This document shows positions 1 to 12,264 of a stretch of DNA of 64,000 nucleotides, in pieces. The position numbers were made by a program, and so were the translations under genes. The stretch comes from Eledone cirrhosa (lineage: Eukaryota). The stretch is from positions 40,920,001-40,984,000 of the forward strand of contig OZ024742.1 in assembly GCA_964016885.1 (NCBI GenBank). The letters are read 5' to 3'. The notes below the pieces were generated by a model. The model was given only the letters and a program-made list of their open reading frames with translations. It was not told where the DNA came from and ran no database searches. Position 1 is the stretch's first letter, and every line of letters starts with the position of its first letter.

Positions 1-3000
1 ACTTTTGCTTTCTTCAGAACACTTACATTCCCAACCCACCGTCTCTCTCTTTATCTATCTATCACATTTGCTTTCTTCAGAACACTTACATTCCAATCCC
101 CACCGTCTCTCTCCTTATCTATCTATCACTTTTGCTTTCTTCAGAACACTTACATTCCCATCCCCACTTTCTCTCTCTTTATCTATCTGTCTGTCACCTT
201 TGCTTTCTTCAGAACACTTACATTCCCATCCCCAGCGTCTCTCTCCTTATCTATCCATCACTTTTTCTTTCTTCAGAACACTTACATTCCCATCCCCACC
301 GTCTCTCTCTTTATCTATCTGTCACTTTTGCTTTCTCCAGAACACTTACATTCCCATCCCCACCGTCTCTTTCTTTATCTATCTATCTATCACTTTTGCT
401 TTCTTCAGAACACTTACATTCCCATCTCCACCGTCTCTCTCTTTATCTATCTATCACTTTTGCTTTCTTCAGAACACTTACATTCCCATCCCCACCGTCT
501 CTCTCTTTATCTATCTATCACTTTTGCTTTCTTCAGAACACTTACATTCCCATCCCCACCGTCTCACTCTTTATCTATCTATCTATCACTTTTGCTTTCT
601 TCAGAACACTTACATTCCCATCCCCACCGTCTCTCTCTTTATCTATCACTTTTGCTTTCTTCAGAACACTTACATTCCCATCCCCACCGTCTCTATCTTT
701 ATCTATCTATCTATCACTTTTGCTTTCTTCAGAACACTTACATTCCCATCCCCACCGTCTCTCTCTTTATCTATCTATCACTTTTGCTTTCTTCAGAACA
801 ATTACATTCCCATCCCCACCGTCTCTCTCCTTATCTATCTATCACTTTTGCTTTCTTCAGAACACTTACATTCCCATCCCCACCGTCTCTCTCTTTATCT
901 ATCTATCACTTTTGCTTTCTTCAGAACACTTACATTCCCATCCCCACCGTCTCTCTCCTTATCTATCTATCACTTTTGCTTTCTTCAGAACACTTACATT
1001 CCCATCTCCACCGTCTCTCTCTTTATCTATCTATCACTTTTGCTTTCTTCAGAACACTTACATTCCCATCCCCACCGTCTCTGTCTTTATCTATCTATCA
1101 CTTTTGCTTTCTTCAGAACACTTACATTCCCATCCCCACCGTCTCTCTCTTTATCTATCTATCTATCACTTTTGCTTTCTTCAGAACACTTACATTCCCA
1201 TCCCCACCGTCTCTCTCCTTATCTATCTATCACTTTTGCTTTCTTCAGAACACTTACATTCCCATCCCCAGCGTCTCTCTCTTTATCTATCTATCTATTA
1301 CTTTTGCTTTCTTCAGAACACTTACATTCCCATCTCCACCGTCTCTCTCTTTATCTATCTATCACTTTTGCTTTCTTCAGAACACTTACATTCCCATCCC
1401 CACCGTCTCTCTCTTTATCTATCTATCACTTTTGCTTTCTTCAGAACACTTACATTCCCATCCCCACCGTCTCTCTCCTTATCTATCTATCACTTTTGCT
1501 TTCTTCAGAACACTTACATTCCCATCCCCACCGTCTCTCTCTTTATCTATCTATCTATCACTTTTGCTTTCTTCAGAACACTTACATTCGCATCCCCAGC
1601 GTCTCTCTCTTTATCTATCTATCTATCACTTTTGCTTTCTTCAGAACACTTACATTCCCATCTCCACCGTCTCTCTCTTTATCTATCTATCACTTTTGCT
1701 TTCTTCAGAACACTTACATTCCCATCCCCACCGTCTCTCTCTCTTTATCTATCTATCACTTCTGCTTTCTTCAGAACACTTACATTCCCATCCCCACCGT
1801 CTCTCTCCTTATCTATCTATCACTTTTGCTTTCTTCAGAACACTTACATTCCCATCCCCACCGTCTCTCTCCTTATCTATCTATCACTTTTGCTTTCTTC
1901 AGAACACTTACATTCCCATCCCCACCGTCTCTCTCCTTATCTAACTATCACTTTTGCTTTCTTCAGAACACTTACATTCCCATCCCCAGCGTCTCTCTCT
2001 TTATCTATCTATCTATCACTTTTGCTTTCTTCAGAACACTTACATTCCCATCTCCACCGTCTCTCTCTTTATCTATCTATCTATCACTTTTGCTTTCTTC
2101 AGAACACTTACATTCCCATCTCCACCGTCTCTCTCTTTATCTATCTATCACTTTTGCTTTCTTCAGAACACTTACATTCCCATCCCCACCGTCTCTCTCC
2201 TTATCTATCTATCACTTTTGCTTTCTTCAGAACACTTACATTCCCATCCCCACCGTCTCTCTCTTTATCTATCTATCTATCACTTTTGCTTTCTTCAGAA
2301 CACTTACATTCCCATCCCCACCGTCTCTCTCCTTATCTATCTATCACTTTTGCTTTCTTCAGAACACTTACATTCCCATCCCCACCGTCTCTCTCCTTAT
2401 CTATCTATCACTTTTGCTTTCTTCAGAACACTTACATTCCCATCCCCACAGTCTCTCTCTTTATCTATCTATCTATCACTTTTGCTTTCTTCAGAACACT
2501 TACATTCCCATCCCCACCGTCTCTCTCCTTATCTATCTATCACTTTTGCTTTCTTCAGAACACTTACATTCCCATCCCCAGCGTCTCTCTCTTTATCTAT
2601 CTATCTATCACTTTTGCTTTCTTCAGAACACTTACATTCCCATCTCCACCGTCTCTCTCTTTATCTATCTATCACTTTTGCTTTCTTCAGAACACTTACA
2701 TTCCCATCCCCACCGTCTCTCTCTTTATCTATCTATCACTTTTGCTTTCTTCAGAACATTTACATTCCCATCCCCACCGTCTCTCTCCTTATCTATCTAT
2801 CACTTTTGCTTTCTTCAGAACACTTACATTCCCATCCCCACCGTCTCTCTCTTTATCTATCTATCTATCACTTTTGCTTTCTTCAGAACACTTACATTCC
2901 CATCCCCAGCGTCTCTCTCTTTATCTATCTATCTATCACTTTTGCTTTCTTCAGAACACTTACATTCCCATCTCCACCGTCTCTCTCTTTATCTATCTAT

Positions 3001-6000
3001 CACTTTTGCTTTCTTCAGAACACTTACATTCCCATCCCCACCGTCTCTCTCTTTATCTATCTATCACTTTTGCTTTCTTCAGAACACTTACATTCCCATC
3101 CCCACCGTCTCTCTCCTTATCTATCTATCACTTTTGCTTTCTTCAGAACACTTACATTCCCATCCCCACCGTCTCTCTCCTTATCTATCTATCACTTTTG
3201 CTTTCTTCAGAACACTTACATTCCCATCCCCACCGTCTCTCTCCTTATCTATCTATCACTTTTGCTTTCTTCAGAACACTTACATTCCCATCCCCACCGT
3301 CTCTCTCTTTATCTATCAATCTATCACTTTTGCTTTCTTCAGAACACTTACATTCCCATCCCCACCGTCTCTCTCCTTATCTATCTATCACTTTTGCTTT
3401 CTTCAGAACACTTACATTCCCATCCCCAGCGTCTCTCTCTTTATCTATCTATCTATCACTTTTGCTTTCTTCAGAACACTTACATTCCCATCTCCACCGT
3501 CTCTCTCTTTATCTATCTATCACTTTTGCTTTCTTCAGAACACTTACATTCCCATCCCCACCGTCTCTCTCTTTATCTATCTATCACTTTTGCTTTCTTC
3601 AGAACACTTACATTCCCATCCCCACCGTCTCTCTCCTTATCTATCTATCACTTTTGCTTTCTTCAGAACACTTACATTCCCATCCCCACCGTCTCTCTCT
3701 TTATCTATCTATCTATCACTTTTGCTTTCTTCAGAACACTTACATTCCCATCCCCAGCGTCTCTCTCTTTATCTATCTATCTATCACTTTTGCTTTCTTC
3801 AGAACACTTACATTCCCATCTCCACCGTCTCTCTCTTTATCTATCTATCACTTTTGCTTTCTTCAGAACACTTACATTCCCATTCCCACCGTCTCTCTCT
3901 TTATCTATCTATCACTTTTGCTTTCTTCAGAACACTTACATTCCCATCCCCACCGTCTCTCTCTTTATCTATCTATCTATCACTTTTGCTTTCTTCAGAA
4001 CACTTACATTCCCATCCCCACCGTCTCTCTCCTTATCTATCTATCACTTTTGCTTTCTTCAGAACACTTACATTCCCATCCCCAGCGTCTCTCTCTTTAT
4101 CTATCTATCTATCACTTTTGCTTTCTTCAGAACACTTACATTCCCATCTCCACCGTCTCTCTCTTTATCTATCTATCTATCACTTTTGCTTTCTTCAGAA
4201 CACTTACATTCCCATCCCCACCGTCTCTCTCTTTATCTATCTATCACTTTTGCTTTCTTCAGAACACTTACATTCCCATCCCCACCGTCTCTCTCCTTAT
4301 CTATCTATCACTTTTGCTTTCTTCAGAACACTTACATTCCCATCCCCACCGTCTCTCTCTTTATCTATCTATCTATCACTTTTGCTTTCTTCAGAACACT
4401 TACATTCCCATCCCCACCGTCTCTCTCCTTATCTATCTATCACTTTTGCTTTCTTCAGAACACTTACATTCCCATCCCCACCGTCTCTCTCCTTATCTAT
4501 CTATCACTTTTGCTTTCTTCAGAACACTTACATTCCCATCCCCACAGTCTCTCTCTTTATCTATCTATCACTTTTGCTTTCTTCAGAACACTTACATTCC
4601 CATCCCCACCGTCTCTCTCCTTATCTATCTATCACTTTTGCTTTCTTCAGAACACTTACATTCCCATCCCCAGCGTCTCTCTCTTTATCTATCTATCTAT
4701 CACTTTTGCTTTCTTCAGAACACTTACATTCCCATCTCCACCGTCTCTCTCTTTATCTATCTATCACTTTTGCTTTCTTCAGAACACTTACATTCCCATC
4801 CCCACCGTCTCTCTCTTTATCTATCTATCACTTTTGCTTTCTTCAGAACACTTACATTCCCATCCCCACCGTCTCTCTCTTTATCTATCTATCTATCACT
4901 TTTGCTTTCTTCAGAACACTTACATTCCCATCCCCAGCGTCTCTCTCTTTATCTATCTATCTATCACTTTTGCTTTCTTCAGAACACTTACATTCCCATC
5001 TCCACCGTCTCTCTCTTTATCTATCTATCACTTTTGCTTTCTTCAGAACACTTACATTCCCATCCCCACCGTCTCTCTCTTTATCTATCTATCACTTTTG
5101 CTTTCTTCAGAACACTTACATTCCCATCCCCACCGTCTCTCTCCTTATCTATCTATCACTTTTGCTTTCTTCAGAACACTTACATTCCCATCCCCACCGT
5201 CTCTCTCCTTATCTATCTATCACTTTTGCTTTCTTCAGAACACTTACATTCCCATCCCCACCGTCTCTCTCCTTATCTATCTATCACTTTTGCTCTCTTC
5301 AGAACACTTACATTCCCATCCCCACCGTCTCTCTCTTTATCTATCAATCTATCACTTTTGCTTTCTTCAGAACACTTACATTCCCATCCCCACCGTCTCT
5401 CTCCTTATCTATCTATCACTTTTGCTTTCTTCAGAACACTTACATTCCCATCCCCAGCGTCTCTCTCTTTATCTATCTATCTATCACTTTTGCTTTCTTC
5501 AGAACACTTACATTCCCATCTCCACCGTCTCTCTCTTTATCTATCTATCACTTTTGCTTTCTTCAGAACACTTACATTCCCATCCCCACCGTCTCTCTCT
5601 TTATCTATCTATCACTTTTGCTTTCTTCAGAACACTTACATTCCCATCCCCACCGTCTCTCTCCTTATCTATCTATCACTTTTGCTTTCTTCAGAACACT
5701 TACATTCCCATCCCCACCGTCTCTCTCTTTATCTATCTATCTATCACTTTTGCTTTCTTCAGAACACTTACATTCCCATCCCCAGCGTCTCTCTCTTTAT
5801 CTATCTATCACTTTTGCTTTCTTCAGAACACTTACATTCCCATCTCCACCGTCTCTCTCTTTATCTATCTATCACTTTTGCTTTCTTCAGAACACTTACA
5901 TTCCCATCCCCACCGTCTCTCTCTTTATCTATCTATCACTTTTGCTTTCTTCAGAACACTTACATTCCCATCCCCACCGTCTCTCTCTTTATCTATCTAT

Positions 6001-9000
6001 CTATCACTTTTGCTTTCTTCAGAACACTTACATTCCCATCCCCACCGTCTCTCTCCTTATCTATCTATCACTTTTGCTTTCTTCAGAACACTTACATTCC
6101 CATCCCCAGCGTCTCTCTCTTTATCTATCTATCTATCACTTTTGCTTTCTTCAGAACACTTACATTCCCATCTCCACCGTCTCTCTCTTTATCTATCTAT
6201 CACTTTGGCTTTCTTCAGAACACTTACATTCCCATCCCCACCGTCTCTCTCTTTATCTATCTATCACTTTTGCTTTCTTCAGAACACTTACATTCCCATC
6301 CCCACCGTCTCTCTCCTTATCTATCTATCACTTTTGCTTTCTTCAGAACACTTACATTCCCATCCCCACCGTCTCTCTCTTTATCTATCTATCTATCACT
6401 TTTGCTTTCTTCAGAACACTTACATTCCCATCCCCACCGTCTCTCTCCTTATCTATCTATCACTTTTGCTTGCTTCAGAACACTTACATTCCCATCCCCA
6501 GCGTCTCTCTCTTTATCTATCTATCTATCACTTTTGCTTTCTTCAGAACACTTACATTCCCATCTCCACCGTCTCTCTCTTTATCTATCTATCACTTTTG
6601 CTTTCTTCAGAACACTTACATTCCCATCCCCACCGTCTCTCTCTTTATCTATCTATCACTTTTGCTTTCTTCAGAACACTTACATTCCCATCCCCACCGT
6701 CTCTCTCCTTATCTATCTATCACTTTTGCTTTCTTCAGAACACTTACATTCCCATCCCCACCGTCTCTCTCTTTATCTATCTATCTATCACTTTTGCTTT
6801 CTTCAGAACACTTACATTCCCATCCCCACCGTCTCTCTCCTTATCTATCTATCACTTTTGCTTACTTCAGAACACTTACATTCCCATCCCCACCGTCTCT
6901 CTCTTTATCTATCTATCTATCACTTTTGCATTCTTCAGAACACTTACATTCCCATCCCCACCGTCTCTCTCCTTATCTATCTATCACTTTTGCTTTCTTC
7001 AGAACACTTACATTCCCATCCCCAGCGTCTCTCTCTTTATCTATCTATCTATCACTTTTGCTTTCTTCAGAACACTTACATTCCCATCTCCACCGTCTCT
7101 CTCTTTATCTATCTATCACTTTTGCTTTCTTCAGAACACTTACATTCCCATCCCCACCGTCTCTCTCTTTATCTATCTATCACTTTTGCTTTCTTCAGAA
7201 CACTTACATTCCCATCCCCACCGTCTCTCTCCTTATCTATCTATCACTTTTGCTTTCTTCAGAACACTTACATTCCCATCCCCACCGTCTCTCTCCTTAT
7301 CTATCTATCACTTTTGCTTTCTTCAGAACACTTACATTCCCATCCCCACCGTCTCTCTCTTTATCTATCTATCTATCACTTTTGCTTTCTTCAGAACACT
7401 TACATTCCCATCCCCAGCGTCTCTCTCTTTATCTATCTATCTATCACTTTTGCTTTCTTCAGAACACTTACATTCCCATCTCCACCGTCTCTCTCTTTAT
7501 CTATCTATCACTTTTGCTTTCTTCAGAACACTTACATTCCCATCCCCACCGTCTCTCTCTTTATCTATCTATCACTTTTGCTTTCTTCAGAACACTTACA
7601 TTCCCATCCCCACCGTCTCTCTCCTTATCTATCTATCACTTTTGCTTTCTTCAGAACACTTACATTCCCATCCCCACCGTCTCTCTCCTTATCTATCTAT
7701 CACTTTTGCTTTCTTCAGAACACTTACATTCCCATCCCCACCGTCTCTCTCCTTATCTATCTATCACTTTTGCTTTCTTCAGAACACTTACATTCCCATC
7801 CCCACCGTCTCTCTCTTTATCTATCAATCTATCACTTTTGCTTTCTTCAGAACACTTACATTCCCATCCCCACCGTCTCTCTCCTTATCTATCTATCACT
7901 TTTGCTTTCTTCAGAACACTTACATTCCCATCCCCAGCGTCTCTCTCTTTATCTATCTATCTATCACTTTTGCTTTCTTCAGAACACTTACATTCCCATC
8001 TCCACCGTCTCTCTCTTTATCTATCTATCACTTTTGCTTTCTTCAGAACACTTACATTCCCATCCCCACCGTCTCTCTCTTTATCTATCTATCACTTTTG
8101 CTTTCTTCAGAACACTTACATTCCCATCCCCACCGTCTCTCTCCTTATCTATCTATCACTTTTGCTTTCTTCAGAACACTTACATTCCCATCCCCACCGT
8201 CTCTCTCCTTATCTATCTATCACTTTTGCTTTCTTCAGAACACTTACATTCCCATCCCCACCGTCTCTCTCTTTATCTATCTATCTATCACTTTTGCTTT
8301 CTTCAGAACACTTACATTCCCATCCCCACCGTCTCTCTCCTTATCTATCTATCACTTTTGCTTTCTTCAGAACACTTACATTCCCATCCCCAGCGTCTCT
8401 CTCTTTATCTATCTATCTATCACTTTTGCTTTCTTCAGAACACTTACATTCCCATCTCCACCGTCTCTCTCTTTATCTATCTATCACTTTGGCTTTCTTC
8501 AGAACACTTACATTCCCATCCCCACCGTCTCTCTCTTTATCTATCTATCACTTTTGCTTTCTTCAGAACACTTACATTCCCATCCCCACCGTCTCTCTCC
8601 TTATCTATCTATCACTTTTGCTTTCTTCAGAACACTTACATTCCCATCCCCACCGTCTCTCTCTTTATCTATCTATCTATCACTTTTGCTTTCTTCAGAA
8701 CACTTACATTCCCATCCCCACCGTCTCTCTCCTTATCTATCTATCACTTTTGCTTTCTTCAGAACACTTACATTCCCATCCCCAGCGTCTCTCTCTTTAT
8801 CTATCTATCTATCACTTTTGCTTTCTTCAGAACACTTACATTCCCATCTCCACCGTCTCTCTCTTTATCTATCTATCACTTTTGCTTTCTTCAGAACACT
8901 TACATTCCCATCCCCACCGTCTCTCTCTTTATCTATCTATCACTTTTGCTTTCTTCAGAACACTTACATTCCCATCCCCACCGTCTCTCTCCTTATCTAT

Positions 9001-9208
9001 CTCTCACTTTTGCTTTCTTCAGAACACTTACATTCCCATCCCCACCGTCTCTCTCTTTATCTATCTATCTATCACTTTTGCTTTCTTCAGAACACTTACA
9101 TTCCCATCCCCACCGTCTCTCTCCTTATCTATCTATCACTTTTGCTTTCTTCAGAACACTTACATTCCCATCCCCACCGTCTCTCTCTTTATCTATCTAT
9201 CACTTTTG
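1..9208. repeat. 64/68-bp minisatellite array (CACTTTTGCTTTCTTCAGAACACTTACATTCCCATCCCCACCGTCTCTCTCTTTATCTATCTAT +/- CTAT), about 140 units, running off the window start
   Basis: Tandem units are directly visible. Length varies by one CTAT. Recurrent point variants (cagcg, ctcca, ccttat). Confidence 0.98.
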
Positions 9209-9293
9209 CACACACTCTCTCTATCTTTCTTTCTTTCTCCATCTCGCACACTCTCTCTCTTTCTCTCTCTCTCTTTCTCTCTCTCTCTTTCTC

Positions 9294-10388
9294 TATTCCT
9301 CACCGGACAACCGGTGTGGGCCTCGTTTGTGAGACGAACCTTTCCCAGACTCGTCTCACTCACCGAGCTGCAATCCTGGGTCAAGCAAAGACCGAGAAAA
9401 CTGGGCGCCTGGCACACTGAGTGTGCCCAGGCGCTCACGGCCCTCTGGCAGGCGGATCCGGTTATCAGTGGAGACTCCACCGCAACATTCTATAGAGGGC
9501 TGGTGCGCAGCAGGTGCGACGACGCCCTCGGAGAAGCCCTAGACATGGAGGAGGACGATTTGGCCAGCCTGTTCGGTAGGACATTCAGCCCGGGACCTAT
9601 GGACAACTTCCAGAAGTCCCTGGCCTGGCAGTGCTACCGAGGGGCTTTACCCGTTCGAGAAAGGCTCTACAGACACGGGCGCCCGGGTAGGGACCCCGCC
9701 AAAAAGATCTGTCCCAGATGCGTGTGCGACGAGGAAACCGTTGCACACGCATTAGTACACTGCTCGGGCGTAGCCGATCTGTGGGGCTATGTCGAACAAC
9801 TGCTGTCAAGGGTGGGACCGATCCGGTTGACCACCGAGTCTATTGTAATGATCAAGCCGCCTCCCCCCTTCAAAGATGAAGCAGAGGCGGTGTTTCTGTG
9901 CGTAATAGCCATGGCGAAAGAGGTTGTATGGTGGACGCGTCTGAAAGGACTGAGGTCGGGCACCTTTCTCTCTGGCCAACAACTGGTCCGTTTCTTCCGA
10001 TATCATTTCGGAAGAAGGATCAGGATGGAGAGAGAGGTGCTGCACCCCAGCCGTTTCTATGAAAGATGGGTGAAAGTGGCGAGAATGACCCGTGTGAATG
10101 GGCCTTCACTCTACATCAGACTATAGGTGAGGAAGATGAAAGACCAAGGGAGCACCCCTTCTCTGTGCTCCTGAGGAGAAGGGTTGCACACTTTTTTCGG
10201 GGGTGTGTGCGACCCCCCAAGGCGCCTCCTCTCTATTGAGGATTTTGTTAAAAATTTTATTTTTTGTTATATCTTATTTTATTTTTATATTTTGTTATTG
10301 CCTCCTCCTTATTGAGGACGCCTTTTTGTGTAAACTCCCCCCTTTGTACTTGTCCCACTTTTGATGCCCTAGTGGCAAATAAAAGAAA
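9294..10388 (+). mobile_element. 5'-truncated Tx1/L1-group non-LTR retrotransposon (subfamily B): ORF2 C-terminus plus 3' UTR
   Basis: Near-identical to 38784-39878 (same length; two substitutions seen by eye). Encodes the CPRC...ETVAH...C zinc motif. Ends AATAAAAGAAA followed by TCTATCTATC. Confidence 0.95.
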
Positions 10389-11321
10389 TCTATCTATCAC
10401 TTTTGCTTTCTTCAGAACACTTACATTGCCATCTCCACCGTCTCTCTCTTTATCTATCTATCACTTTTGCTTTCTCCAGAACACTTACATTCCCATCCCC
10501 ACCGTCTCTCTCTTTATCTATCTATCACTTTTGCTTTCTTCAGAACACTTACATTCCCATCCCCACCGTCTCTCTCCTTATCTATCTATCACTTTTGCTT
10601 TCTTCAGAACACTTACATTCCCATCCCCACCGTCTCTCTCTTTATCTATCTATCTATCACTTTTGCTTTCTTCAGAACACTTACATTCCCATCCCCAGCG
10701 TCTCTCTCTTTATCTATCTGTCTATCACTTTTGCTTTCTTCAGAACACTTACATTCCCATCTCCACCGTCTCTCTCTTTATCTATCTATCACTTTTGCTT
10801 TCTTCAGAACACTTACATTCCCATCCCCACCGTCTCTCTCCTTATCTATCTATCACTTTTGCTTTCTTCAGAACACTTACATTCCCATCCCCACCGTCTC
10901 TCTCCTTATCTATCTATCACTTTTGCTTTCTTCAGAACACTTACATTCCCATCCCCACCGTCTCTCTCTTTATCTATCTATCACTTTTGCTTTCTTCAGA
11001 ACACTTACATTCCCATCCCCACCGTCTCTCTCCTTATCTATCTATCACTTTTGCTTTTTTCAGAACACTTACATTCCCATCCCCACCGTCTCTCTCTTTA
11101 TCTATCTATCTATCACTTTTGCTTTTTTCAGAACACTTACATTCCCATCCCCACCGTCTCTCTCTTTATCTATCTATCTATCACTTTTGCTTTTTTCAGA
11201 ACACTTACATTCCCATCCCCACCGTCTCTCTCTTTATCTATCTATCTATCACTTTTGCTTTCTTCAGAACACTTACATTCCCATCCCCACCGTCTCTCTC
11301 TTTATCTATCTATCACTTTTG
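10389..11321. repeat. Second, short block of the 64/68-bp minisatellite (about 14 units)
   Basis: Same unit as 1-9208. Ends in the same terminal sequence CACTTTTGCACACACTCTCTCTATCTTTC...ATCTCGCACA as 9201-9250. Confidence 0.95.
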
Positions 11322-11474
11322 CACACACTCTCTCTATCTTTCTTTCTTTCTCCATCTCGCACACTCTCTCTCTTTCTCTCTCTCTCTCTGTATATATATG
11401 AGCCCTCTGCCGCTCATTTCGAATTTTGTTTATCGTGAACTCGTGCGCCGATTTTTCGATACTCGATCATTCTA

Positions 11475-12250
11475 ATATATATATATATATGTGTGTGTGT
11501 GTTTGTGTGTTTGTGTGTATGTAATTATTGTTACATTCTTATACCGTTTATAAATATATTATTTCACTGTTTTTTGTCGTTAATTTGTTTTTCTTTCTTA
11601 TTTTTCTATATTTATCCCAACAATTTTATTTTTATTTTATTTTCAAAATCTTTTGAATTATTTATTTTATTTATTTTCGTATCTTTTATTAATTTATTTT
11701 TATTTTATTTTAGTACCTTTTGTTTTTGTGTGTGTGTTTTTCATATTTAGTTGTTTGTTTTTTATTTTATTTTATATATCTTTTATTGGCTTATTTTTTC
11801 CATTATTTTCGTATCTTTTATTTTTATTTAAATATTCGTATATTTGATGTATTTTTTTTTTATATTTCCCATCTGTCATTGTTTTATTTTATATTTTTCT
11901 GTTATTTTCCAAATTTTTTTTATTTTATCATAATTTTTATTATTTTATTTATATTTTATTTTCGTGTCTTTTTATTATTTTTTTATTTCTATTTTAATAT
12001 ATTTTATTGATTTTTTTTATTATTTAATTTTATCATATTCTTATTTTTATGATTTCTTAAATTCTTAATTTAATTTATTTTTTCCTTCAAAGAGCAAATC
12101 ATTCAATAAAACTTATAATAAATCGTTTTTAATATTATTTAATTTTGAATATTTCTTGTTGTTTTATATATATAGTTGTTTTATTTTTGTTAATGTTTTT
12201 GTAGAAAGTTCCACTACGAAATATTTTCCATTAATTCGTCAATTCAATGA
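11475..12250. repeat. T-rich/AT-rich low-complexity DNA
   Basis: Degenerate TTTA/TTTTA runs; no credible coding signal. Confidence 0.8.
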
Positions 12251-12264
12251 CGTTTCATTATTTT

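Noticed and set aside
5-10126. Multi-kb ORFs in all three + frames, one fused to the ORF2 C-terminus
   Set aside because: The 64-bp unit lacks stops in every + frame, so all frames cycle through the same peptide. The fusion to the LINE fragment is coincidental.
1-11321. CRISPR-like regular array
   Set aside because: There are no unique spacers and no cas genes; the units are contiguous tandem repeats in eukaryotic DNA.
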